The notes under the pieces are model-generated. The model was not told the origin of the DNA. It saw only the letters and a program-made list of their open reading frames with translations, and did no database searches. A DNA stretch of 39,962 nt, from positions 1-39,962 of IMG/VR virus record IMGVR_UViG_3300031965_000081. The stretch is one strand, 5' to 3'. A program made the translations under genes and the position numbers. The DNA is from a virus. Lineage: Duplodnaviria > Caudoviricetes. Below, piece after piece: positions 25,582 through 32,717 of this stretch. Positions within the stretch are counted from its first letter, which is position 1; each line of letters starts with the position of its first letter.

Positions 25582-26018
25582 AGTAGTAATTCTTTATTCT
25601 CATAAATGTTTCCGATGATTTCCTTTTCACTGAAAATTTCTCCGTCATCTGAAATAAAATTAAAGTAATTAACCATTCCGTATCTGTCTTTGTCGCACAT
25701 TGACTGAACACACTCTAAAGAAAAACAACTGTGGTCATAGAACACTTGCCCACACATTTTTAAGTCTCCCCCTAGTTCTCCGTTTGATTGAACCACTTCA
25801 TAGATACCTTTTACTATATCCCCCTCGTATATCTCTTTGCTGTTCTTGTCCTTGAGTCCGGTGTATTGCATAATTTCTATATCTTTAAGTGCAAATCCAG
25901 TGCTATTATTATCAAGCCACGGTATTACACCGCCATATTGAGGAGATATAAGAAAGCTGTCGTCTTTCAAAAATATCCCTTTTTCTTTATCCCACGCTCT
26001 AAATTTAATTTCTCTCAT
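25578..26018 (-). CDS. YopX family protein
   Basis: MREIKFRAWDK...MQYTGLKDKNSKEIYEGDIV...EIIGNIYENKELL. Confidence 0.9.
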   Translation of the reverse strand: MREIKFRAWDKEKGIFLKDDSFLISPQYGGVIPWLDNNSTGFALKDIEIMQYTGLKDKNSKEIYEGDIVKGIYEVVQSNGELGGDLKMCGQVFYDHSCFSLECVQSMCDKDRYGMVNYFNFISDDGEIFSEKEIIGNIYENKELLL

Positions 26019-26268
26019 AGTATTTTTCAATGTCATCATTGACATTTTCCCAATCTTTTAATGTTCCATCCCAAGCTAACCGACCATTAGCATATCCAAC
26101 TAAAGTTAAGTGCTTTAGAAATATCTTTAATTCTTGTGCTAACATAACTTTTTTGAATTTCATCTTAATTCTTTTAGCTATTGGATTGTTATAAAATTTA
26201 TCTTCTTTTTCTTCTGTGGCATTTTGCCATTCCTCTTTATGATGATTGTCTAATGCTTCGTAGTCCAT
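26005..26268 (-). CDS. Hypothetical protein
   Basis: Likely start MDYEAL at 26268 (ATTATT-ATG); the upstream part of the track ORF lies in a structured leader. Confidence 0.6.
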   Translation of the reverse strand: MDYEALDNHHKEEWQNATEEKEDKFYNNPIAKRIKMKFKKVMLAQELKIFLKHLTLVGYANGRLAWDGTLKDWENVNDDIEKYYERN

Positions 26269-26278
26269 AATAATGTTT

Positions 26279-26420
26279 TTTTCTATTCGGCTTACCTCCC
26301 TTACGAGTAGATAAACCGAATAGAAAACGTAAGGTTTATAATGTAGCCCAGCCGGGTTTTCGGGATAGCTCCAGTCGGGACCGAAACGTCCGTACTCACC
26401 CATACCTGCTACGTTATAAA
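26279..26420 (-). ncRNA. Structured 5' leader (multibranch domain plus 19-bp hairpin)
   Basis: 26420-26408 pairs with 26347-26335; 26327-26309 pairs with 26297-26279. Confidence 0.5.
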
Positions 26421-26475
26421 TATATTCTATGTGTTAGCGTTTGTCAAGCGTATTTATAAACCACTATGTGGATAA
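26419..26475 (-). promoter_or_regulatory. Promoter TTGACA-17-TATATT with upstream perfect DnaA box
   Basis: TTGACA at 26447-26442, TATATT at 26424-26419; TTATCCACA at 26475-26467. Confidence 0.55.
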
Positions 26476-26778
26476 CTCATTTCGTTTTTTTGAATCATGG
26501 CAATACTCGCATGAATACTTTGATGTCCACAGAAGATCACATACGGGACAATGAAGTGTAGTGTCCACTGCTCGCTTCTTGTATTCACTCTTCGGCTTGA
26601 GCTTTGGATTTTTACTTCCGGTTTTGCCTATACCTGTATATCTCTGCCAGTGATAAACAACCGATGAATGGTCTATACCGAATATTTTAGCTATTTCAGG
26701 GAAAGACATACCCTCCTTGCGGAATTGTATCATTTTCTTTATCGCCAGTTTTGATTGTGTTCGTTGTCCGTGTTTCAT
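26464..26778 (-). CDS. HTH protein with C-terminal CxxC...CxxC
   Basis: GMSFPEIAKIFGIDHSSVVYHW HTH; start MKHGQR by ATGA overlap. Confidence 0.7.
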   Translation of the reverse strand: MKHGQRTQSKLAIKKMIQFRKEGMSFPEIAKIFGIDHSSVVYHWQRYTGIGKTGSKNPKLKPKSEYKKRAVDTTLHCPVCDLLWTSKYSCEYCHDSKKRNELST

Positions 26779-27029
26779 ATTCTCAAAGAAAACCACCAAG
26801 TGCTTGAGAAGTTCTTCGCATCCTTGCAATATGACAAAAACCAATAAAGGTCTTGGGTTGATAGATGGCTCATTTTAATTGCGTAGTATTTTGCTCCTAA
26901 AGGTTTGTATTTGTTTTTGATCCGGTCGCTGTCTAGGATTTCAGTAAACTGTTTTATCAAATCTGCTCTTTCAGATTTTATTTCAGTTTTTTCTTTTTTG
27001 TAGTTTTTTAGAAGTTCAGAGAGTTTCAT
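26775..27029 (-). CDS. Hypothetical helical protein coupled to RNase H
   Basis: Start MKLSELL at 27029 by ATGA overlap with RNase H stop. Confidence 0.65.
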   Translation of the reverse strand: MKLSELLKNYKKEKTEIKSERADLIKQFTEILDSDRIKNKYKPLGAKYYAIKMSHLSTQDLYWFLSYCKDAKNFSSTWWFSLRI

Positions 27030-27478
27030 AGATTTTTCCATAGCATTTGTTTTGTTTCTGTTAAATATTCTCCATTGAATTCTTCTTGGGTTATGCTCGC
27101 TTCCCATTTTGTTTCATCTTTTTCATTGAGCAGTCCAGCGAGGTTAAAATTTCTTCCCTCCCACATAAGATTTATATTTTTCCCTTTTAAGAGAGTTTTG
27201 CACTTCTGCAGGATTTCATATAAGTCGGGTCTGGCTTTTGATTTTCCTTTGTTTGCCCAGGTTAAGCAACACATTGAATCGGTGGAAACAGTGTCGCCTT
27301 CTTTCGCCAGATCTAGTGCTTTTAGAATTCCAAGAATTTCTCCCTCGTTATTCGTGAAACCTTTTTTTCTGATTACTTCACGGCTTATCAATGTACCGTT
27401 TTCATCTGTTATTGTATATCCTCCTCCATATTCGCTTGGATTAGATATTATATTAAAACCATCAGTATAATACTTCAT
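27026..27478 (-). CDS. Ribonuclease HI-like protein
   Basis: YYTDG (D6), TNNEGE (E47), STDS (D67), LMWEGR..NLAG; fourth acidic residue appears replaced. Confidence 0.8.
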   Translation of the reverse strand: MKYYTDGFNIISNPSEYGGGYTITDENGTLISREVIRKKGFTNNEGEILGILKALDLAKEGDTVSTDSMCCLTWANKGKSKARPDLYEILQKCKTLLKGKNINLMWEGRNFNLAGLLNEKDETKWEASITQEEFNGEYLTETKQMLWKNL

Positions 27479-27484
27479 ATTTTT

Positions 27485-27800
27485 ATAACGCCCGACTTAC
27501 CAAAAAAAGAGAGGCATTGCTAATAATTTGACAGACAAGGATTGTATACCTTGAGTAGCTACCACTAATATAGTATCGTGCCTTGAGTGAATGTGATACT
27601 GTATCCTTTTTGCTCTCCGATATACCGAACTTGATTCGGCATTCGTTGGATGGCTGGGTGGAAGTCGGACACCATTTATCCCAGCTTTCGCACGAATGTC
27701 TAATCAAATCCTTTATGTTTCAGATTGAGGACTCAACTCAATCATCCCATTAGGAACTGTTTTACTGCCAAGTCCCTACACGCAGGTTTCTTGTCTTTTG
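27485..27800 (-). ncRNA. Large multi-stem pseudoknotted non-coding RNA upstream of RNase H
   Basis: At least six nested stems plus a 14-bp loop-to-3'-end pseudoknot (see finding). Confidence 0.65.
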
Positions 27801-27809
27801 TAAAAACAC

Positions 27810-27833
27810 AAAAAAACGCCCGAAAAGGCGTTT
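27810..27833 (-). terminator. Intrinsic terminator/attenuator
   Basis: AAACGCC-TTTTCG-GGCGTTT followed by a U tract. Confidence 0.7.
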
Positions 27834-27925
27834 ACTTAAATACTCTGTCCGCAACCGCAAGTGATTGACCACCAGCGATGCGGGTGCGGAAACAATATTC
27901 AAATATCTTACTGGTGATCATTCAC
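27834..27925 (-). promoter_or_regulatory. Pseudoknot leader: 5' segment complementary to loop of long hairpin
   Basis: GTGAATGATCACCAG (27925-27911) pairs with CTGGTGGTCAATCAC (27875-27861) in the loop of hairpin 27904-27834. Confidence 0.65.
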
Positions 27926-27927
27926 CT

Positions 27928-27968
27928 ATTATATCACACTCTGATCCTCGTCAAAGGAGTTTTCCACA
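27928..27968 (-). promoter_or_regulatory. Extended -10 promoter (TTGACG-15-TATAAT, with TG extension) and adjacent DnaA-box-like TTTTCCACA
   Basis: TGTGATATAAT 27938-27928; TTGACG 27954-27949; TTWTNCACA match at 27960-27968. Confidence 0.6.
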
Positions 27969-28004
27969 CATGTTCATTATTTTCTATTAAGCCATGGAAA
28001 CTAT

Positions 28005-28379
28005 TTATAAATCTTCAATCTTATCTTTAAAGTATTGGATCTGACCCATAGCCCATAAATCGTCCAGTTTTATAGGTGTCCACTTACTTTTATTAAGTTC
28101 GTGGATTATATCTTTTCCGTATTTATCCATTAAATAAACTGCGAACTCGTCTTGTTCACCTCCCATAAATCTATTGCATTTTCGGCATTGAATGGCACAG
28201 TTATACTCATCCCAACGAGTGGCAAGGTGTTGCCGGGAGATGTAGTGTCCACAATCTAAATCTTCATATGGTTTTATTACTCGGCAAGTTACACATTTAC
28301 CATATCCTTTTTTAGTATCTCTCTTGCGTATGTATTTACTAAAAATACGGTCAAGTTTTTTCTTATTAGTTGATGTCAT
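28005..28379 (-). CDS. ninG: NinG/Rap-family recombination endonuclease
   Basis: LDRIFSKYIRKRD...CVTC...DCGHYISRQHLATRWDEYNCAIQCRKCNRF. Confidence 0.85.
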   Translation of the reverse strand: MTSTNKKKLDRIFSKYIRKRDTKKGYGKCVTCRVIKPYEDLDCGHYISRQHLATRWDEYNCAIQCRKCNRFMGGEQDEFAVYLMDKYGKDIIHELNKSKWTPIKLDDLWAMGQIQYFKDKIEDL

Positions 28380-28386
28380 AAATTTA

Positions 28387-28397
28387 ATTATATCACA
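28387..28397 (-). promoter_or_regulatory. Extended -10 promoter, probably leaderless ninG mRNA
   Basis: TGTGATATAAT ends 7 nt before the ATG. Confidence 0.55.
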
Positions 28398-28430
28398 AAA
28401 ATGGAGTCAGTACCGAAATACCAACTCCAT
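28397..28430 (-). terminator. Intrinsic terminator
   Basis: ATGGAGTTGGTAT-TTCG-GTACTGACTCCAT followed by TTTT. Confidence 0.75.
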
Positions 28431-28459
28431 AGGTAACGCCTCCTTGTCAGCAGCGTTTC

Positions 28460-28864
28460 TTAACAGACCTCATATCCCGTCTTTTTTAGAGCCACGAGAG
28501 CATTCCAATCTTTAATTGGTACGGTTTTTCTTTCCGTTCTCCGGAGGAAGATGATTTCATGTTCTGCGGTTTCTGGATTTGGACGTACATCTACGCCACA
28601 TCCGATGATTGCACAAATTGATTCGTACTCTACTTTGTCTTCTCTGTTTTGATAAAACTGGATAATGTGCGGTACGAAACCGAGACGATGATGCTCAATG
28701 AGAACATCTACATCTACGTCTTTAGTGAAAAAACCGTCCCTTCTTGACCCGAAAAGGACTACTGTGTCTGTGTGTGAGGGTCTGCCATGTTTGGCACACT
28801 CTTCACAAAATGCGATTCTGGTAATGAACATGGCATATAGTTTTGGTTCTTCTACATTATACAA
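28460..28864 (-). CDS. Hypothetical protein (CxxC, CxxxxC)
   Basis: 134 aa overlapping HNH stop. Confidence 0.65.
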   Translation of the reverse strand: MYNVEEPKLYAMFITRIAFCEECAKHGRPSHTDTVVLFGSRRDGFFTKDVDVDVLIEHHRLGFVPHIIQFYQNREDKVEYESICAIIGCGVDVRPNPETAEHEIIFLRRTERKTVPIKDWNALVALKKTGYEVC

Positions 28865-29378
28865 CTTTATTAGGTTTTCTCCTAAATTTTCTTCTATTTT
28901 TCATCTGTTGAGACCAAGTAGCCCAGCGACAATTTTCTTTACAATAATGACCGTTCACATCAACTCTATCTATTGTTGTGTTTTTCCAACCAAATTTTTT
29001 TAAATGTTTCAAAAAACTTTTACACATATCTTCCTTAAAATCTTGATAGCCATCCCAAAGACATTTAATTCCTCTACCACCATAATACTCGTAACGATTA
29101 TGACTTGGATATTTACATCTTCCCCTTAAACTAAGCCACACCTTAAATAAACCATCATCTTTTGTATTTTTATATTTTTCAAATTTTTCATATCCTCCAG
29201 TTTCTTTCCATCGTTGTGATATTTTTTTGCGATATTCAGGATTTTTTTTATATTTTTTGTTATATTCAGGATTTTTTTTATACCAAAGTCTATTGTACTC
29301 ATTTTTACAATCCCTACAAAAATAATTATGGTATGGTAAACGTTCTTTAATTTTACATTTTCCACAAACCTTATTCAT
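28857..29378 (-). CDS. HNH-type endonuclease (YGGRGI family)
   Basis: RCKYP...YYGGRGIKC.W...F..DM...TIDRVDVNGHYCKENCRWAT. Confidence 0.85.
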   Translation of the reverse strand: MNKVCGKCKIKERLPYHNYFCRDCKNEYNRLWYKKNPEYNKKYKKNPEYRKKISQRWKETGGYEKFEKYKNTKDDGLFKVWLSLRGRCKYPSHNRYEYYGGRGIKCLWDGYQDFKEDMCKSFLKHLKKFGWKNTTIDRVDVNGHYCKENCRWATWSQQMKNRRKFRRKPNKVV

Positions 29379-29460
29379 GCTTCTAGTTTATCATAAAACA
29401 AAACTAATACCATCCTTTTTTGTTATGAAAACTAAATACGGGCGCTATAATAATTAACTT

Positions 29461-29880
29461 CTAAAATGTGTTTATGCTGGTAAAACTAGATGGATTTAAT
29501 GCCACAGAGAGGTCTGAATTTTCTATAGTATATATTACATCACCAGTACCAGTATTGTATGTTCCTCCACTGTTGTATATTATATCTTCAGCACACCAAA
29601 CCTGATATGGTTTGAACCAAGGATTTGAACTCCATTTATCCTCAATAATACGAATAGTTTTTACAGTATCTTGTTTTGATTCTGATAACTTCTGAACTAG
29701 CGTTCTGAGAAATTTAATCTCTTCTTCTAGACTTTTTTTATCTCTACCGTCTTTTTCAATTTCACTAAATAATATCTGTCTTGCTTCTTCTTTGCTTAAT
29801 AAATTATCTTTTACTAAGTCTCGGAGCGATTCTGATGTTGGCTGCTCCTTTAATCGCCAATTTATAGTCGTCTTCTTCAT
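29461..29880 (-). CDS. Hypothetical protein
   Basis: Likely start MKKTTINWRL at 29880. Confidence 0.65.
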   Translation of the reverse strand: MKKTTINWRLKEQPTSESLRDLVKDNLLSKEEARQILFSEIEKDGRDKKSLEEEIKFLRTLVQKLSESKQDTVKTIRIIEDKWSSNPWFKPYQVWCAEDIIYNSGGTYNTGTGDVIYTIENSDLSVALNPSSFTSINTF

Positions 29881-29919
29881 AGATTTATTTAGCACCCGTA
29901 TTTAATTTTCATAGAACAT

Positions 29920-30315
29920 TTAATAATGCCCAACTTTGTTATGTTTTATAAGTGCTTCTGTTGGTGTACCATAAACTATTAAAACATATTCTATCATGGC
30001 ATCTATTTGTTTGTAGGGATTTTCTGTCTTTTCATGACCAACTAATTTCCACGTACCTATTAAAAATTGCCCTATCCCGAAAGCCGTGGATTCAGGATTC
30101 TGAGCTTTTGGATTCCATTCACTCTCTCTACGGATAATTTCAAAGAAAGGTTTTACTTCTTCGTGACCCCATACGTCAACAATCTCGTAATAGGCATAAT
30201 GCTTTACGGTTGGTATGTTCGGCGCAAAATAGTACGCACTTGAACTCGGTATAAATAGTGCTAGGAAAGCTAAGGTTAATATGATTACTAACACTATTGT
30301 TCTTAATTTTTTCAT
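29920..30315 (-). CDS. Lytic transglycosylase (SLT-like) with signal peptide
   Basis: IIRRESEWNPKAQNPESTAFGIGQFL; N-terminal hydrophobic stretch ending SSA. Confidence 0.8.
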   Translation of the reverse strand: MKKLRTIVLVIILTLAFLALFIPSSSAYYFAPNIPTVKHYAYYEIVDVWGHEEVKPFFEIIRRESEWNPKAQNPESTAFGIGQFLIGTWKLVGHEKTENPYKQIDAMIEYVLIVYGTPTEALIKHNKVGHY

Positions 30316-30356
30316 TATATGCCAAAACTCATTGGCTTGCCTTTCTATCGTTATTG

Positions 30357-30436
30357 AATTTCCTGTGAGCCAAACCCTAAAGGGCTTAGCTTAAGTCACA
30401 CCCGTCCGAATCCTAAGACTCGGCTCACAAGAAATT
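30357..30436 (-). ncRNA. Multibranch RNA structure closed by a 17-bp stem
   Basis: AATTTCTTGTGAGCCGA pairs with TTGGCTCACAGGAAATT; internal hairpins such as CCC-TTTA-GGG. Confidence 0.5.
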
Positions 30437-30685
30437 AAAATGAGCTAATGAGAAAACATAAAATTTATAATTCTCTCACTAACCCATTAAATGGATTAGT
30501 TAAAACCAACTATTTGTTAAATTTAACCCCTTTTCTATTACTTTTGGAAGTAACAAACAAATTAAATTATAATCCCATAATAGTTCGTTTTATAATGCCA
30601 GTTATTTTAAAGATTTACAGTTCTTTTATTGAGTTTGTTAACTTTTATCTTCAAACTAGCATATATATATTATACCATGCTGAAA

Positions 30686-30844
30686 TTATAAAGGAAAACC
30701 TGTAATAAGATTAAGTAGCCAAAATATTGCCACAAGAACAACAATAATGGTGACTACTGTTCCAATAGGTGAAGGAAGTTTTGGTGCAAGATATTCAAGC
30801 ACTGCCCAAACTACAACTGCAAGAATTATAAATTCTATGATCAT
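30686..30844 (-). CDS. 52-aa two-TM membrane protein
   Basis: Hand translated MIIEFIILAVVVWAVLEYLAPKLPSPIGTVVTIIVVLVAIFWLLNLITGFPL; starts 2 nt after holin-like stop. Confidence 0.65.
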   Translation of the reverse strand: MIIEFIILAVVVWAVLEYLAPKLPSPIGTVVTIIVVLVAIFWLLNLITGFPL

Positions 30845-30846
30845 AT

Positions 30847-31113
30847 TTAATATAGATCTATCTTATAATCTGTTAGCGAACCAGCGGAACTTGTCTTTTC
30901 TAACTTATTTATCATATACCAATTCAATATATGCTTCCATATTTCAGAAATAACTACTCCAGCAAGACCAATTATAGCAAGCGGTATACCCATTTCTACT
31001 AATCCATCATTAGCAAATTCTGTAAAACTTACCCATTCTGGACTAACTAATACTACGCTTAATACAGAAACCAAAGTAATTAACCCTGATTTTATTCTTT
31101 TGCTTAAATTCAT
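30847..31113 (-). CDS. Putative holin (2 TM)
   Basis: Two hydrophobic helices; directly after endolysin. Confidence 0.55.
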   Translation of the reverse strand: MNLSKRIKSGLITLVSVLSVVLVSPEWVSFTEFANDGLVEMGIPLAIIGLAGVVISEIWKHILNWYMINKLEKTSSAGSLTDYKIDLY

Positions 31114-31121
31114 AATAATTT

Positions 31122-32186
31122 TTATACTAATAAACTTCTTGTGATGGGGCCGACGATTCCATCAACTGTTACTCCTTTTGACCGCTGAAAATCTTGAACC
31201 GCTTTTCTTGTAACAGGTCCAAAAAATCCAGTGGAAGCCGAAGTTAAAGAATAGAACCCAAAATACTTCAGGAGATCTTGTAGATTGACTACTTGTGGGT
31301 CATTCATTCCGTATCTTAGAGTTTTTGTTATAAGCATTGGTGGCTTGTTTGGTTCTGGCTCTTGTGTATCTCTCCAGTTATTAAATAAGTCTTCTACATC
31401 CGCACAGAAAGTCATTCTGGCTTTTAAATAGTCTTCTGAGATAAACCGAAGTCCGTTTACTGTGGAGCTGTGTAGTCCCCAAGAGTCTTGTGTGAAGAGT
31501 CCTTTCTTTCCGTTCATTATTCCATAGTCTATTGCTGTTACACTGTGATGAACAATATCTGTATTTGAGTTACTTACTACGGGTTGTGCATTCCATTCAT
31601 TTCTAGGGAAACGATACCAAGTCATTATGGGTTTACCTACGCCGTTTTTTCTTCCGTTTTCAATAGTCCATGCTATTTTTTCAATGTCAAATGGAAGTTG
31701 CACGAAATTTTTTATCCTGAAAGTTTTAGCAACTTGGATATCTGACTCTTTACGGTTTATATCACTACTAATCTCACTCTCAGACTGATTATCAGAAGGA
31801 ATGAGATCATTTAAAGTAAGTCCATAGTCCCTAAGTATGTTAAGAGCATCTACGCCTATCATACCACCTTGTGGCTTATTAGAACGCCTGTCATATCCGT
31901 CTTTGAAAGAAAACTCTATATACTTGCCTTCTTCAAGATAATTTATAATACCGAGCATTAAGGCAGAAGTTGCCATAACACAGGAACTTGAACCGTCTTG
32001 GTTTCTTACGGGGAAAGTATGAATATCCTCAAAGTTCTTTTGTTTCCAATCTACAGGCCCAAAACTCACTACTTCTTCAGCCTTATAATCTTTGTCCTTT
32101 TCCTCCTGCGAACGGTCATCATCTAATGCTCCTGGGAATAAATTTAACTTCTCTACTTCTTTGATTTTTGTTGGATTTTGTTCCAT
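31122..32186 (-). CDS. Putative endolysin: papain-like C1 cysteine peptidase plus peptidoglycan-binding domain
   Basis: VRNQDGSSSCV, HHSVTAIDY, QDSWG; C-terminal LRYGMNDPQVVNLQ...TRKAVQDFQRSKGVTVDGIVGPIT. Confidence 0.8.
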   Translation of the reverse strand: MEQNPTKIKEVEKLNLFPGALDDDRSQEEKDKDYKAEEVVSFGPVDWKQKNFEDIHTFPVRNQDGSSSCVMATSALMLGIINYLEEGKYIEFSFKDGYDRRSNKPQGGMIGVDALNILRDYGLTLNDLIPSDNQSESEISSDINRKESDIQVAKTFRIKNFVQLPFDIEKIAWTIENGRKNGVGKPIMTWYRFPRNEWNAQPVVSNSNTDIVHHSVTAIDYGIMNGKKGLFTQDSWGLHSSTVNGLRFISEDYLKARMTFCADVEDLFNNWRDTQEPEPNKPPMLITKTLRYGMNDPQVVNLQDLLKYFGFYSLTSASTGFFGPVTRKAVQDFQRSKGVTVDGIVGPITRSLLV

Positions 32187-32189
32187 ATA

Positions 32190-32390
32190 TTATTTTTTAT
32201 TAGTAATGTTTTCCTCCCGCATTTCATCTCGACCAGCAGAATGCGCCTCTGACTTTGTTACTGATAATAATTCAGTCATGCGACTGTTAACTGAAGTATG
32301 TATTTTTTTACTTTCACGCCAAGCTAACAAAGCCATAATTGTCGGTGGTGTTGCAGTTATTAAAGATGTTATAATAATTTCCCAGTTCAT
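32190..32390 (-). CDS. Small membrane protein (lysis module)
   Basis: N-terminal hydrophobic segment; IHTSVNSRMTELL. Confidence 0.6.
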   Translation of the reverse strand: MNWEIIITSLITATPPTIMALLAWRESKKIHTSVNSRMTELLSVTKSEAHSAGRDEMREENITNKK

Positions 32391-32716
32391 CGCTTTGGAA
32401 TCCTCTCGGATATGATAGTTGATAATTTTGTAATTTCTGTACTTAATCCTTTCACATCTTCAGCTAGTTTGTCAACCTTAACATCAACGCTGTGCGTGTG
32501 ATTCTGAGCTAAATTAAAAGCGTCTTTAATACTTGTTTGAATTTCTTGAAACTTTCTTTCATTACCCTCTATTTGCCATTGTACTTGCTGTGCAAGCAAA
32601 GCATCTCTTTTATCAGAGTCTATTTGTGGGTTGCGGAAATATTTGTATACACCAAATATTACTCCAAGGATTCCGAGAACGAACATTATATTATTTGGTG
32701 TAAAAAAGTTTTCCAT
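32387..32716 (-). CDS. TM plus coiled-coil protein (lysis module)
   Basis: IMFVLGILGVIFGVY followed by coiled coil. Confidence 0.65.
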   Translation of the reverse strand: MENFFTPNNIMFVLGILGVIFGVYKYFRNPQIDSDKRDALLAQQVQWQIEGNERKFQEIQTSIKDAFNLAQNHTHSVDVKVDKLAEDVKGLSTEITKLSTIISERIPKR

Positions 32717-32717
32717 A

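Noticed and set aside
27483-27707. 74-aa minus-strand ORF in the ncRNA region
   Set aside because: TTG start, no motifs, and the sequence is better explained by extensive base pairing
27485-27800. Region as DGR template repeat or retron msr/msd
   Set aside because: No similarity to either variable region, no AAC-rich pattern, and no reverse transcriptase ORF in the genome
29232-29282. 21-bp repeat with 30-bp period (YKKNPEY x2) in the HNH gene
   Set aside because: Ordinary low-complexity linker duplication, not iterons
26335-30436. Structures at 26335-26420 and 30357-30436 as tRNAs or hammerhead ribozymes
   Set aside because: No T-loop/D-loop consensus or cloverleaf spacing, and no CUGAnGA core
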